From the NCBI GenBank assembly GCA_963738405.1, contig CAVTWJ010000023.1, forward strand, positions 96,001 to 160,000: a stretch of 64,000 bases of DNA, read 5' to 3'. Under the pieces are notes generated by a model, which searched no databases, was not told where the DNA came from, and saw only the letters and a program-made list of their open reading frames with translations. The position numbers were made by a program, and so were the translations under genes. How positions within the stretch are numbered: the first letter of the stretch is position 1; each line of letters begins with the position of its first letter. Below, in pieces: positions 18,715 to 28,245 of this stretch. The stretch comes from a candidate division FCPU426 bacterium (lineage in GTDB: Bacteria; Oederibacteriota; Muellerivitia; Muellerivitales; Muellerivitaceae).

Positions 18715-20347
18715 TGGCCGCTATTGGAGTGCTTTTCTTTGTGGCGGATTGCGAATCATCCCCCCCGGTCAAGGCCTTGGGAGGTCCGGTTAAAAGGGTC
18801 AGGGGCGCCGCTTCGCTCAAGACACGGTCTTCGACCTTGATGAGGGCCTTCAACACCACGGGATAATCGGGTTTGGCGTCTTTTTTCATGCGAATCAAAA
18901 CATTCACACTCTTGAGTTCGGAGGAGGCGATCGTACCTACTTCCAAATCCATGGCGTTGTCCTTCATTTTCCATTCTCCGGTCACACCAGCCGGCTTTTT
19001 GGCGGCGGGGGGTTGGGCCTGTTTTATGGCCCCAGGGGTTTGTGTCCCAACCGCGGGAACCGTGGGACTGGGGGTGGGGCTTATCGTCGGGCTGGGAGTG
19101 GGGGTAGTAGCTGAGAGCCAAGAAGGCGGAGTGGCGACAGGAGTTTCGGTGGTAGGCGGAACCATTTCAAAGCCCCCAGGGAGGGGCAATTCAAAGGTGG
19201 CGAGAGGCGAGGTTTTAGGGCTTTGATTCTGAAAAGTATAGGTAATGGAATAATTGGGTTTGGCCTTGGTGGGTTTTTGATCCAGCGCCCCCTTGAAGAG
19301 AAAATCGAATTTGGCCATTTCCCCGTTGGGTTGAAACCGAAGGATGGTTCCATTGGCCCCGACGATGAAGCCCAAATCGCCCGAAAAAGCGATGGAATTT
19401 AGGGAGGGTTTTCCTTCCGGTTTAACATGCGAAATCCACCGGGAACCGTCGTAAAAAATCAGGGTTCCATCCTGGCCCACGGCCCATCCATTGCTCTCAT
19501 CCTTCATCCATATGTTGTAGAGGTCAAAACCCGAGAAGGCTGAGCCCATCTTGTTCCAGGTGGTGCCGTTGAAGTTGAGAATAGTCCCAAAGGCCCCCAC
19601 TGCCCAGGCCTGCACGTCGTTGATGGACGACACACTATTTAACCGCTCTGTGGAGGGACTTCCGGGAAAAGGGGTCCAGGTTTGACCGTCGTATTTGATG
19701 ATCGTGCCCAGGTTGCCCACGGCCCAACCGTTGTTTTCGTCCGTGAGGGAGAGGCTATAGAGGTCGCTTTTGACCGTGACGGGGCTGGCCCCCGCCGTGG
19801 CCACGATGATAGTTCCCCAAGATATGCCGTTGAATTTCAAAAGGGTCCCATTGGAACCGGTCACCCATACAGTCCGGGACCTTGTGACCGCGACATCATA
19901 GAGTGTTTCGGAAGTGCCTGAGTCAGGCTGGCTCCATTGGCCATTATTGTAATAAAGGATCGTGCCGTGGGAGCCTACGAACCAGCCCTCGTTTTCATTG
20001 AGAAAGGCCACCGCGAGAAGATTTTCGTTTTTGGCATAGCCGCTATCCACGCGGTTCCATGTGTCGCCGTCCCATTTCAAGATGGTTCCGTTATTGCCGC
20101 AGGCCCAACCCAGCTTCTTGTTAACGAGACAAACGGCATTGAGGGGGTCCGTGACGGTAATAGTCACGGGAAAGCTGACCCAATAGATTACGTCCGAATC
20201 GGCGGATGATTCGGCGTCGGCCTGACTGGCCTTGGATGGAGTGAGCGGGCTGACCGCGCCGCTGCCCGTACAGCCCGCAAAGAGGCATAGGCCAAGGGAA
20301 GTGCCGAGTAGGAGGGCTAAAGTAAGGGAACTTAAAGTGTTTTTCAT
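18683..20347 (-). CDS. Lipoprotein with Ycf48-like beta-propeller and Pro/Thr-rich linker
   Basis: Lipobox-like LFAGC; repeated GWAVG..GTI..YDG..W blades. Confidence 0.8.
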   Translation of the reverse strand: MKNTLSSLTLALLLGTSLGLCLFAGCTGSGAVSPLTPSKASQADAESSADSDVIYWVSFPVTITVTDPLNAVCLVNKKLGWACGNNGTILKWDGDTWNRVDSGYAKNENLLAVAFLNENEGWFVGSHGTILYYNNGQWSQPDSGTSETLYDVAVTRSRTVWVTGSNGTLLKFNGISWGTIIVATAGASPVTVKSDLYSLSLTDENNGWAVGNLGTIIKYDGQTWTPFPGSPSTERLNSVSSINDVQAWAVGAFGTILNFNGTTWNKMGSAFSGFDLYNIWMKDESNGWAVGQDGTLIFYDGSRWISHVKPEGKPSLNSIAFSGDLGFIVGANGTILRFQPNGEMAKFDFLFKGALDQKPTKAKPNYSITYTFQNQSPKTSPLATFELPLPGGFEMVPPTTETPVATPPSWLSATTPTPSPTISPTPSPTVPAVGTQTPGAIKQAQPPAAKKPAGVTGEWKMKDNAMDLEVGTIASSELKSVNVLIRMKKDAKPDYPVVLKALIKVEDRVLSEAAPLTLLTGPPKALTGGDDSQSATKKSTPIAANAQPSPTEEP

Positions 20348-20453
20348 GAAGGGCTATCCTACCTTTGACGCTTGAGCCGTGCAAGCCGGGCCCCAGACAC
20401 AAAAAAACCGCCCCCGCATGACACGGAGACGGTTTAAAGGACAGGGGCGAAAC

Positions 20454-20924
20454 TTATGCTTTTGGGGGCGCTTCGCTTGTCGTAGGAGCAGCAACCTCGA
20501 CGGCGGCAGGCGCCGCCGGTTCCACGGCCTGGGCAGCGGTGGTTTCGGAAGCTTCCTCTCCAGGGACCTTGACGACCTTCTTGCTTTCCTGGATGCGGGC
20601 ATCTTTCTTGTTGAGTTTCTCGCGAAGGTAAAACAACTTGGCCCGGCGCACTTTTCCCGAACGCAAGACTTTGATTTCTTTGATCATGGGCGACTGGAAA
20701 TAAAAGGTTTTCTCCACCCCGACCCCGTAGGAAATCTTGCGGACCGAGAAGCGCATACGGGGGCCGCGGCCCTGCAGGCCGATCACCACGCCCTCATAGG
20801 CCTGGATTCTCTCTTTTTCGCCTTCCTTGATGCGAAGGGAAACCTTGACCGTATCCCCCACCTTAAAGGGGATGGCCTTTCGGATCACCTGGGTACTCTC
20901 GAATTGCTTGATAATGGCGTTCAT
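20454..20924 (-). CDS. rplS: 50S ribosomal protein L19
   Basis: [33 protein letters not shown]. Confidence 0.97.
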   Translation of the reverse strand: MNAIIKQFESTQVIRKAIPFKVGDTVKVSLRIKEGEKERIQAYEGVVIGLQGRGPRMRFSVRKISYGVGVEKTFYFQSPMIKEIKVLRSGKVRRAKLFYLREKLNKKDARIQESKKVVKVPGEEASETTAAQAVEPAAPAAVEVAAPTTSEAPPKA

Positions 20925-21718
20925 TTTTTCCTCCCGCGCCCTGCCCTGTCCAAACCGGCTCCGCCGGGTTTTTCCCGGTCTATCAGCTCTTCCCTTACTT
21001 CCTGAAGCAGCCGCTTGTCCTCATCGGACAGGCCGACTTCCTCCAGCAGGTCGGGCCTCTTAATCAAAGTGTTCTTCAGGGACTGTTTTTTTCTCCAACG
21101 TTCAATATAGGCATGATTGCCCGAAAGCAGAACTTCCGGCACTTCCATCCCTTTGAAAAGGCGGGGACGAGTATAGTGGGGATAGTCCAATAATCCATTA
21201 AAAAAGCTGTCTTTCTCAACTGACCGCTGGTCACCTACAACCCCTGGCAGGAACCTCACCAGGCTGTCCACAAGGGCGGCCGCGGCCGGCTCCCCCCCCG
21301 TTAAAACAAAATCCCCCAGGCTGATTTCTTCATCAATCTGGGTCATCACCCTTTCGTCCAGACCCTCGTAATGACCACAGACGAGGATCAAGGAAGAGGC
21401 GCATGAAAGCTCCAAAACCTTCCGGTGGTCCAGTTTCTTTCCCTGCGGGGAAAAAAGAATGGTTCTTACGCCCTGACGGCGCCCCTTCAAGACTTTCAAC
21501 GCCTTGAAAAGCGGTTCGGGCTTCATCACCATACCCGCCCCGCCACCGTAGGGTACGTCGTCGGCCTTGTGATGCTTATCCGTCGCCCACTTCCGCAGGT
21601 CATGGAGTTTTAAATCCACGGCCCCTTTTTCCCGAGCCCGTTTCACCATTGAAACGGTAAAAGGCCCCAGAAAGTAATCGGGGAAAAGGGTCAGGATATC
21701 AATCCGTGGTTTCCGCAT
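20921..21718 (-). CDS. trmD: tRNA (guanine37-N1)-methyltransferase
   Basis: [45 protein letters not shown]. Confidence 0.98.
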   Translation of the reverse strand: MRKPRIDILTLFPDYFLGPFTVSMVKRAREKGAVDLKLHDLRKWATDKHHKADDVPYGGGAGMVMKPEPLFKALKVLKGRRQGVRTILFSPQGKKLDHRKVLELSCASSLILVCGHYEGLDERVMTQIDEEISLGDFVLTGGEPAAAALVDSLVRFLPGVVGDQRSVEKDSFFNGLLDYPHYTRPRLFKGMEVPEVLLSGNHAYIERWRKKQSLKNTLIKRPDLLEEVGLSDEDKRLLQEVREELIDREKPGGAGLDRAGRGRKK

Positions 21719-22259
21719 CGATCTCTTCCATGGGATCCGCCACTACAACCCGCGTCTTCAGGTCCACGCGCTTCACCACCGACTTCAAAACAGGCAGGAG
21801 AATTTCTTTTCCTTCCTGTCGCACCACCAAAATCGCGTTAGCGGTCTCATCCATGACTTCCGCGACGATCCCTAGGGGAACACCTTCACTGGTTTCCACC
21901 CTCAGGCCCATCAGGTCGCTGACGTAAAACTCATCTTCATTTAGGGGGGCCCGATCCGTCTCCGGAACGGCCAGGACCGCGCCGCGGAGGCTTTCCGCCT
22001 CATCGACCCCCTCGACTTCCAGGAGGCGTACCACCGCGTCCCCGTCGTTGTGCAGGAAAGACCTGCCGACCGTCACTTTTTTTAAGACCTTTCCTTCCCT
22101 CATCAGCGTGAGGTTAGGGCAGTTTTTCAAACGTTCAAGGCCCGAACAGGAAAGGTAAAGTTTCACCTCGCCCTTGAGTCCGTGGGGCCTGACGATCGTC
22201 GCCAGGACGATCCAGTCGTTTCGTTGGGGTTCGGAGGCTGGGTTCCCTGGGTTACTCAA
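21699..22259 (-). CDS. rimM: 16S rRNA processing protein RimM
   Basis: PHGLKGEVK, EFYVSDLMGL, position in the rpsP-trmD cluster. Confidence 0.93.
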   Translation of the reverse strand: MSNPGNPASEPQRNDWIVLATIVRPHGLKGEVKLYLSCSGLERLKNCPNLTLMREGKVLKKVTVGRSFLHNDGDAVVRLLEVEGVDEAESLRGAVLAVPETDRAPLNEDEFYVSDLMGLRVETSEGVPLGIVAEVMDETANAILVVRQEGKEILLPVLKSVVKRVDLKTRVVVADPMEEIDAETTD

Positions 22260-22482
22260 CGACTTCGAGGGAGAACTTGAGTCCGTGCTTGGCGCAGGAG
22301 GCCGAAACCAGGGTCCGAAGGGCCTTAATGGTGCGTCCCTGCTTACCGATGATTTTGCCGTAGTCTTCTTTAGAAACCCTCAGCTCCAGCACCGTTGTAT
22401 CACCTTCCATGCGCTGTTCAAGGGCCACTGCCTCGGGCTTGTCCACAAGGGACTTCGCTACACGTTCAATGAGTTCTTTCAT
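22252..22482 (-). CDS. khpA: KH domain RNA-binding protein
   Basis: LVDKPEAV, DYGKIIGKQGRTIKALRT. Confidence 0.92.
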   Translation of the reverse strand: MKELIERVAKSLVDKPEAVALEQRMEGDTTVLELRVSKEDYGKIIGKQGRTIKALRTLVSASCAKHGLKFSLEVVE

Positions 22483-22557
22483 AAATCAATCATCCTTCCA
22501 TTATGCCTCGGCGAACCCGGTAAATGCCGAGCCGCCCTTCAAGGCCTGAAACCTTGC

Positions 22558-22806
22558 TTAGGCCTTGACCGTGTTCTTTTTTAAAAGTCCCGCCACCGTG
22601 GCGGTGGGAACGGCGCCCTTTTTAATCCATTGTTCCATGGATTCTTTGTTGAAATTAACGATGCTGTTGGTTGCGTTCTTGGGATTGTAGGTGCCCAAAT
22701 CCTCAACCCTGCGGCCCTTGCCGGACATGCGCTCATCTACCACAATCACGCGGTAGTAGGGTTTCTTGCTGCTTCCCATACGTTTCAAACGAATCTTGAG
22801 GGACAC
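22558..22806 (-). CDS. rpsP: 30S ribosomal protein S16
   Basis: KIRLKRMG.KKPYYRVIV.D, LGTYNP, GAVPT.TV. Confidence 0.97.
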   Translation of the reverse strand: MSLKIRLKRMGSSKKPYYRVIVVDERMSGKGRRVEDLGTYNPKNATNSIVNFNKESMEQWIKKGAVPTATVAGLLKKNTVKA

Positions 22807-22899
22807 AATGCCTCCTAGAAAACATGAAAAATCATTAGCCGATAACGTTCGGCCCCGTTTCCATCCTATAAAACATGGGTTTTAGGGAAAGGAGGAAGG

Positions 22900-22928
22900 A
22901 TTCTAAAAACCGAACCCGCCTTTGTCAA
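22900..22928 (-). promoter_or_regulatory. sigma70 promoter of the rpsP operon
   Basis: Minus strand TTGACA-17 nt-TAGAAT. Confidence 0.7.
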
Positions 22929-22997
22929 GGAAATAGGGCCTTTTTCTGGGCTTTGGAGGAATCGAAAGGAATTAAATTCAAAATGGTTGGAGAAAAA

Positions 22998-23073
22998 TGG
23001 AGCTGGGGACCGGGCTTGAACCGGCGACCTGCTGTTTACGAAACAGCTGCTCTACCAACTGAGCTACCCCAGC
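22998..23073 (-). tRNA. tRNA-Thr(CGT)
   Basis: GCTGGGGTAGCTCAGTTGGTAGAGCAGCTGTTTCGTAAACAGCAGGTCGCCGGTTCAAGCCCGGTCCCCAGCTCCA; cloverleaf, anticodon loop TTCGTAA, encoded CCA. Confidence 0.96.
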
Positions 23074-23100
23074 ACCGAGGTCACAATGAGGAAGGGTGGA

Positions 23101-23129
23101 AGTTTACCTACCCCTATTTCTCCCGTCAA
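23101..23129 (-). promoter_or_regulatory. Putative tRNA promoter
   Basis: Minus strand TTGACG-17 nt-TAAACT just upstream of the tRNA. Confidence 0.55.
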
Positions 23130-23155
23130 CTTCAACAAATCCATTTGATCAGAGC

Positions 23156-23190
23156 AAAAAAAATCCCCGAGTTTTCGTCAAACCCGGGGA
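23156..23190 (-). terminator. Intrinsic terminator after the CBM-like gene
   Basis: ATCCCCG...CGGGGAT stem with an A-run on the plus strand (U-tract on minus). Confidence 0.6.
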
Positions 23191-23207
23191 TCGATCCAAC
23201 TTAACGC

Positions 23208-23798
23208 TTACTGGGCAACGATGTTGTTGACCGCCACACTAAAGGTTCCGACAGACTTGGGCTGGATATTAAATGTTGAAATGGCGCTGAAATCCTTGGG
23301 CGCTCCCTTAATCGCGTCCGGGGGCGTGTAATAGGGGTCCAAATTGAAAGAATCCAAGGACACAGATACCGTTTCCCAACTTCCGCCTTTCGTGGAGGGC
23401 GTTTCGGCCACATATTGGTTTTTATTCTTGTCCTTCAAGGCCAAGCCCAAAACCACCGGGACCTTGCAATAGATAGTAAGCGTGAGGGTTTTGGCAGTGG
23501 CGAGGTTGACTCCCGCCCAATCCTTGCCGCCCGCCCGGCACCACAATCCACAATAGCCGCCCTGGGCCAGAGTGTAATTGATGACCAAATAGTTTTTGGG
23601 AGCCGTTCCCTTGACCGCGATCGCGATTTTGGAACCGTTGGTATCCTGGAAAGTTCCTGCGTTCTTGCCGTCCGTAGGATCCAGATCAGCGAAATTTTGA
23701 ACGACTACCGCCCCGGCCGCGCGGGCCGCCGTCGGACTATAAACCCATCCCGCAAGAAGGGCCAAACCTACCGCCAAAACACTCAAAAGTTTTCTCAT
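23208..23798 (-). CDS. Exported CBM11/CIA30-like carbohydrate-binding domain protein
   Basis: Signal peptide; beta-sandwich-like motifs (WETVSVSLDSF, DFSAISTFNI). Confidence 0.65.
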   Translation of the reverse strand: MRKLLSVLAVGLALLAGWVYSPTAARAAGAVVVQNFADLDPTDGKNAGTFQDTNGSKIAIAVKGTAPKNYLVINYTLAQGGYCGLWCRAGGKDWAGVNLATAKTLTLTIYCKVPVVLGLALKDKNKNQYVAETPSTKGGSWETVSVSLDSFNLDPYYTPPDAIKGAPKDFSAISTFNIQPKSVGTFSVAVNNIVAQ

Positions 23799-23837
23799 CT
23801 TTCTTTCCTCGCTTATGAACGGAATTTTTTAAAAAGA

Positions 23838-24020
23838 TTAAGCCATATCCTCAATGAAACCCAGACACACCAAAGACACAATCATCATGATCGCCGAATA
23901 GACAATAGTCTCAAAGATGCCATGACGTGTGTTTCCAAAAACGTAACTGACCATCGAAATAAAGGTAAAAATGAAGAACCAAAGCACAAAGGCCAAGCGC
24001 GGCAAGCTAAAATTTTTCAT
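23838..24020 (-). CDS. Small two-TM hypothetical protein
   Basis: 60 aa hydrophobic ORF with GGAG SD, co-oriented downstream of ruvA. Confidence 0.5.
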   Translation of the reverse strand: MKNFSLPRLAFVLWFFIFTFISMVSYVFGNTRHGIFETIVYSAIMMIVSLVCLGFIEDMA

Positions 24021-24049
24021 AGGAATCTCCCTCTGCTTCCAAGAACCTT

Positions 24050-24658
24050 CTAGCTGGAGGCAATTGATTTTAAACCAGCCCTTAAAAGTTCTTCAACCGT
24101 CGATTTCGGCCCCAAAGCCTGGGCCGCCTCTAAAACGACCTTACGCGACTGGGCAGGTGTGTAACCTAGAGACACCAGCGCCAAAACCGCGTCCGAAAGA
24201 TTTTTGGCCTCCGGCCCCAGCGGTGCATCCGCCCTGAAAGGGCTTCCACCGGCTAATTTTGCCACCTTGTCTTTTAATTCAAGAACCAGATGTTGGGCCG
24301 TCTTGGGACCGATTCCCGTAACCGATTTCAAAGCCAATAAATCATTATGAAGAATAGCGTCAAAAAAAGCCTCGGGGGACAGGGCCGAAAGAAGGTTGAG
24401 AGAAGCTTTGGGACCCACGCCTGAAACCGAAAGCGCCAAGAGAAATGCTTGTTTCTCCGAATCGTTGAGGAAACCGTACAACTGTTGAATGTCTTCCCGC
24501 ACATGAAAATAGGTCTTGAGGGTCACGGCCTGTCCTACGGGGGGCAGGGCTTGAAGAGTTCGTTGGGAAACAAATGCCTCGTAACCCACGCCGTTAACAT
24601 CCACCTCGACCCGGTCGGATTGCCGGGAAGCAAGGATGCCTTGAAGAAAGGAAATCAT
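24050..24658 (-). CDS. ruvA: Holliday junction branch migration protein RuvA
   Basis: DVNGVGYE, HVRED..LYGF, VSGVGPK, GIGPKTA..LVLELKDK, ALVSLGY. Confidence 0.96.
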   Translation of the reverse strand: MISFLQGILASRQSDRVEVDVNGVGYEAFVSQRTLQALPPVGQAVTLKTYFHVREDIQQLYGFLNDSEKQAFLLALSVSGVGPKASLNLLSALSPEAFFDAILHNDLLALKSVTGIGPKTAQHLVLELKDKVAKLAGGSPFRADAPLGPEAKNLSDAVLALVSLGYTPAQSRKVVLEAAQALGPKSTVEELLRAGLKSIASS

Positions 24659-24712
24659 TCACGGCTCCTTCCCCCCGGCGTCAGAAATTACCGGCGGAGG
24701 GAATGAAAAGGT

Positions 24713-25282
24713 TTAGTCTTCGAGAAACTTGAGATGAACCAGAATGTGAAGAAGCTCTTCCACCTGGGTCAAGGCCGGGACTTCCTTGTTCTGGGTTGCC
24801 GAGTACCAGAAGGAAATGACGTTGGAATCAAGCCAAATTCCTTTGGTTTCAAAATCCTCGTCAATCACCAGGGCCTTGTAATAATGCTCATCCAGTTCAT
24901 TTTCGGACTCGGGGCTCTTGAGACCCGAAGAGCGAAGCTTAATATGTTCCTTGGCCTGGTTGAAGTATTTTTGATCGTCCTCGTTGAGGTTCTCGAATAC
25001 CACCTGGGCTGCTTCCCGGTCGATGGCTTGAAGGAAGTTATGGTCGATCCAAATCCCTAAGTTTTGGTCATCCCAAAGGTAATCATGCCCCTGGTGCTCG
25101 AGAATCGTCATGGGCTCCCCACAGTCCGGGCTCAGTTTTTCGGATTTTCCCTTCACCACCGTGTCTTTCAGGAAATCCTCGCTGGTAACGTTATATTTTT
25201 CATCGCCTGGATAACCACACTCCGGGCAGTAGCGGGCGCCTTCCGAAATCTTGTTTCGGCAATTTTTGCATTTGATCGACAT
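24713..25282 (-). CDS. Zinc-ribbon hypothetical protein
   Basis: CKNC...CPECG at the N-terminus; two GIW.D repeats. Confidence 0.7.
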   Translation of the reverse strand: MSIKCKNCRNKISEGARYCPECGYPGDEKYNVTSEDFLKDTVVKGKSEKLSPDCGEPMTILEHQGHDYLWDDQNLGIWIDHNFLQAIDREAAQVVFENLNEDDQKYFNQAKEHIKLRSSGLKSPESENELDEHYYKALVIDEDFETKGIWLDSNVISFWYSATQNKEVPALTQVEELLHILVHLKFLED

Positions 25283-25291
25283 GTGTTCTCC

Positions 25292-25861
25292 TTAATCTTT
25301 CGGCTTTGCGATTCCCGGTTTTGTCCGGGAGAGCCTCTTTACCATTTCCGAGAGTGGGGTTCCGGCGCTCTGGGCATGCGTGATGGCGATAGCCAGCGCG
25401 TCCGCCGTGTCGTCGGGCCGGGGAATCTCGGAAAGCCCCAGCAATAATTTCACCATCTTCTGGACCTGCCCCTTATCGGCACCGGCCCAGCCCGCCACTG
25501 CTTGTTTGACTTCCAGGGGTCGGTATTCGGCCACCGGCACCCCCGCCACCCCGGAGGCCAATAGGGCCACTCCCCGGGCCTGTCCCACAACGATCGCGGT
25601 TTTGGCGTTGCGCGAAAAAAACAACTCTTCCATGGCCGTTACGTCGGGCCGATGTTTCGTCAAAAGGGCCTGAAGGCCTTCGAAGAGTAATACCAATCTT
25701 TCAGGAAGCGGCTCTCCAGCTTTTGTCTCGAGAGTGCCGTAGGCCAGGGCCTTGAGCGTGTTTCCCTTTTTTTCAACCATTCCCCAACCCATCCGGGCCA
25801 ATCCCGGATCGATTCCCAAAACCCGAAAGGACTTTCCGACTCCGCCAGGCTTAACGGTCAA
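25292..25861 (-). CDS. ruvC: Crossover junction endodeoxyribonuclease RuvC
   Basis: VLGIDPG, EELFF, QARG, DDTADALAIAITH. Start uncertain (TTG at 25861 overlapping the yebC end; ORF track extends to 25900). Confidence 0.94.
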   Translation of the reverse strand: MTVKPGGVGKSFRVLGIDPGLARMGWGMVEKKGNTLKALAYGTLETKAGEPLPERLVLLFEGLQALLTKHRPDVTAMEELFFSRNAKTAIVVGQARGVALLASGVAGVPVAEYRPLEVKQAVAGWAGADKGQVQKMVKLLLGLSEIPRPDDTADALAIAITHAQSAGTPLSEMVKRLSRTKPGIAKPKD

Positions 25862-26600
25862 GCTTAGCCATGATTTCGTCGCTGATCTCAAAGTTAGCAT
25901 GGACGTTCAAAACATCGTCGTGCTCATCCAAGGCGTCATAAAGACGCAGCATCTGTTCTGCCTTTTTTTCATCCAATACTACAGTGGTTTTAGGAATCAT
26001 CCCCACCTCAGCGCTCTCCATGGGGACCGGCTTGTCTTCCAAAGCTTTTTTCACTTTTTCAAAAACCTCGGGCGCCGTCAGGACTTCGTAAGTTTCAGCC
26101 TTGTCGGTTTTAAGGTCCTCGGCCCCCGCGTCCAATACCAATCCCATCAATTCATCCTCGCTGATGGCGTCTTTTTTGACGGAGATCATTCCTTTTTTGT
26201 CGAAGAGAAAACCTACCGAACCCGATTCCCCCATGTTTCCGCCATGTTTGGAGAACACGGACCGGATATCGGCGGCGGTCCGATTGCGGTTATCCGTGAC
26301 AGCCTCCACCAGGATCGCCACCCCAGCAGGCCCATAGCCTTCATAGACTACTTCTTCCAGGGCCGCGGCCGCTTCCGCGCCGGTTCCCTTGTTGATGGCC
26401 CGCTTGATGGTGTCGGCGGGCATACTGACTTCCTTGGCCTTTAAAATGATCGTGCGTAATTTGAGGTTCGTGTCAGGGTCCCCGCCGGATTTGGCGGCCA
26501 ATTGGATTTCTTTAGAGAGGCGGGAAAAAGCCTGCCCTCGTTTTTGATCCAAGGCCCCCTTGTATCTTTTAACCTTCGCCCATTTACTGTGACCACTCAT
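25851..26600 (-). CDS. yebC: YebC/PmpR family protein
   Basis: MSGHSKW, YEGYGPAGVA, TDNRNRT, DDVLNVHAN. Confidence 0.96.
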   Translation of the reverse strand: MSGHSKWAKVKRYKGALDQKRGQAFSRLSKEIQLAAKSGGDPDTNLKLRTIILKAKEVSMPADTIKRAINKGTGAEAAAALEEVVYEGYGPAGVAILVEAVTDNRNRTAADIRSVFSKHGGNMGESGSVGFLFDKKGMISVKKDAISEDELMGLVLDAGAEDLKTDKAETYEVLTAPEVFEKVKKALEDKPVPMESAEVGMIPKTTVVLDEKKAEQMLRLYDALDEHDDVLNVHANFEISDEIMAKLDR

Positions 26601-26897
26601 GTCCAAACCTCGGCAATCAACGAATGAAAATTTTTAAATAAATCTTTAAAAACAAACCCCTTCAGCGCTGACCATTCCCCTTTTGAGACGGCAAGGAAGG
26701 CTTTTTCGGGGGTTTTCGGCCTTTAAAAAAGCCCCTAAAACAAGAAAAGGCCGTTTCTTTGGCGGAATCTCCAAAAAAACGAACCTTTCGGCAGGTGATT
26801 ATATCGAAGTCTCTTTAAGGATGGCTACAAAAAACAGACCGACTATGCGATTTAACCCAAGATTTTCAGAAGGATTCGGCTTAAATCTATCGGGCGG

Positions 26898-28139
26898 CTA
26901 ATTTTTCGGCAGGATTTTCAAAAAAACTTTTCCCGATCGTATGAGCCCCGTTTCCTCGGGTGAAATTTCGATGACCTCGTTAAAAGCCGTGATCTTCCTT
27001 TTCTCTTGTTTCCCTTTGACCCATTCCACCGCGCCTTGATCAATCAAACGTTTGGCGTCACTTTTGGTTTTTGAAATACCCACCAATAAAAGAAAATCAG
27101 CGGCTTTGTGGGGGCCGAGCGGCACTAAAACCTCAGGATAATCGACCGAAGCATTTAATTCGTGACGGCTTTCAAAGTAAGTCCAAGCGTCCTTGGCTTG
27201 TGCGAGTCCGTGAAATCGGGCGGTGATCTCCAGGGCCAGTTCCTGCTTGGCTAATTTGGGGTGATATTCACCGTTCTCGACCTTCCTCTTTTTATCGGGC
27301 CAAGTAGAATCATCGGACAAAAGTTCGTAATAACGCCACATGAGAGGATCGGAAATGCTCATGAGCTTAGAAAACTTCTCATTAGCCACTTCAGCTACCC
27401 CTACATAATTTCCCAAACTTTTCGACATCTTTTTAACCCCATCTAAACCCTCCAAAATCGGCATCGAAAGGATGACTTCAGGAGCCTGTCCCGCTTCCTC
27501 TTGAAGAGCCCGTCCCACTAGGCAATTGAACTTCTGATCGGTTCCGCACATCTCAATGTCGGATTGGAGCTCCACCGAATCGTAGCCCTGGATCAAAGGA
27601 TAAAGTAGCTCATGTAGGCTAATGGGCTTTTGCTCTTTCATACGATTCGTAAAGTCGTCGCGTTCCAAAATACGGGCCACCGTGTATTTAGAAGCCAAGC
27701 GAATCACATCGTCAAAAGCCATGGGACGACACCATTTGCTGTTGTAGAAGATTTGGATCTTAGCCGGATCTCTGTCCAATACTGCAAAGACTTGTTCTAG
27801 GTAGGTCTTAGCATTTACTTCTACTTCTTCTCGGGTCAGAGGTTTGCGGGTAGTGGATTTTCCGGTTGGGTCGCCGATCATGGCGGTGAAATCCCCGATC
27901 AAAAACTGCACCTGATGGCCCAAGTCTTGGAATTGACGTAATTTGCGAAGCACGACCGTGTGGCCCAAGTGGATATCGGGGGCGGAAGGATCCGCTCCCC
28001 ACTTCACTTTCAAAGGCTTGCCCTCTTGATAGGATTTTTTCAACTTCGCGAGGAGTTCGGCCTTGGAAATGACTTCGGCGGTCGAGCGCAGAAGAATTTC
28101 CAATTGTTCTTCAGGAGATTGTTTAAAAGGTTGGCTCAT
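26898..28139 (-). CDS. tyrS: Tyrosine--tRNA ligase
   Basis: [33 protein letters not shown]; start taken at MSQPFK. Confidence 0.97.
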   Translation of the reverse strand: MSQPFKQSPEEQLEILLRSTAEVISKAELLAKLKKSYQEGKPLKVKWGADPSAPDIHLGHTVVLRKLRQFQDLGHQVQFLIGDFTAMIGDPTGKSTTRKPLTREEVEVNAKTYLEQVFAVLDRDPAKIQIFYNSKWCRPMAFDDVIRLASKYTVARILERDDFTNRMKEQKPISLHELLYPLIQGYDSVELQSDIEMCGTDQKFNCLVGRALQEEAGQAPEVILSMPILEGLDGVKKMSKSLGNYVGVAEVANEKFSKLMSISDPLMWRYYELLSDDSTWPDKKRKVENGEYHPKLAKQELALEITARFHGLAQAKDAWTYFESRHELNASVDYPEVLVPLGPHKAADFLLLVGISKTKSDAKRLIDQGAVEWVKGKQEKRKITAFNEVIEISPEETGLIRSGKVFLKILPKN

Positions 28140-28245
28140 GGGGTCACATAATATAACAAACCGTTTTGGCGGGCTGTTGAAAAGTTCCACCCTTGATATA
28201 ATAAGCCCCTCTTGTTGTCCTCCATCCCCTGGCCTGAGGAAATCC

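Noticed and set aside
22998..24020. tRNA-Thr as an integration site for an island
   Set aside because: No duplicated tRNA 3' end and no integrase; the rpsP operon follows directly.
24050..25861. ruvB missing next to ruvA/ruvC
   Set aside because: Split ruv loci are common; ruvB may lie outside the window.
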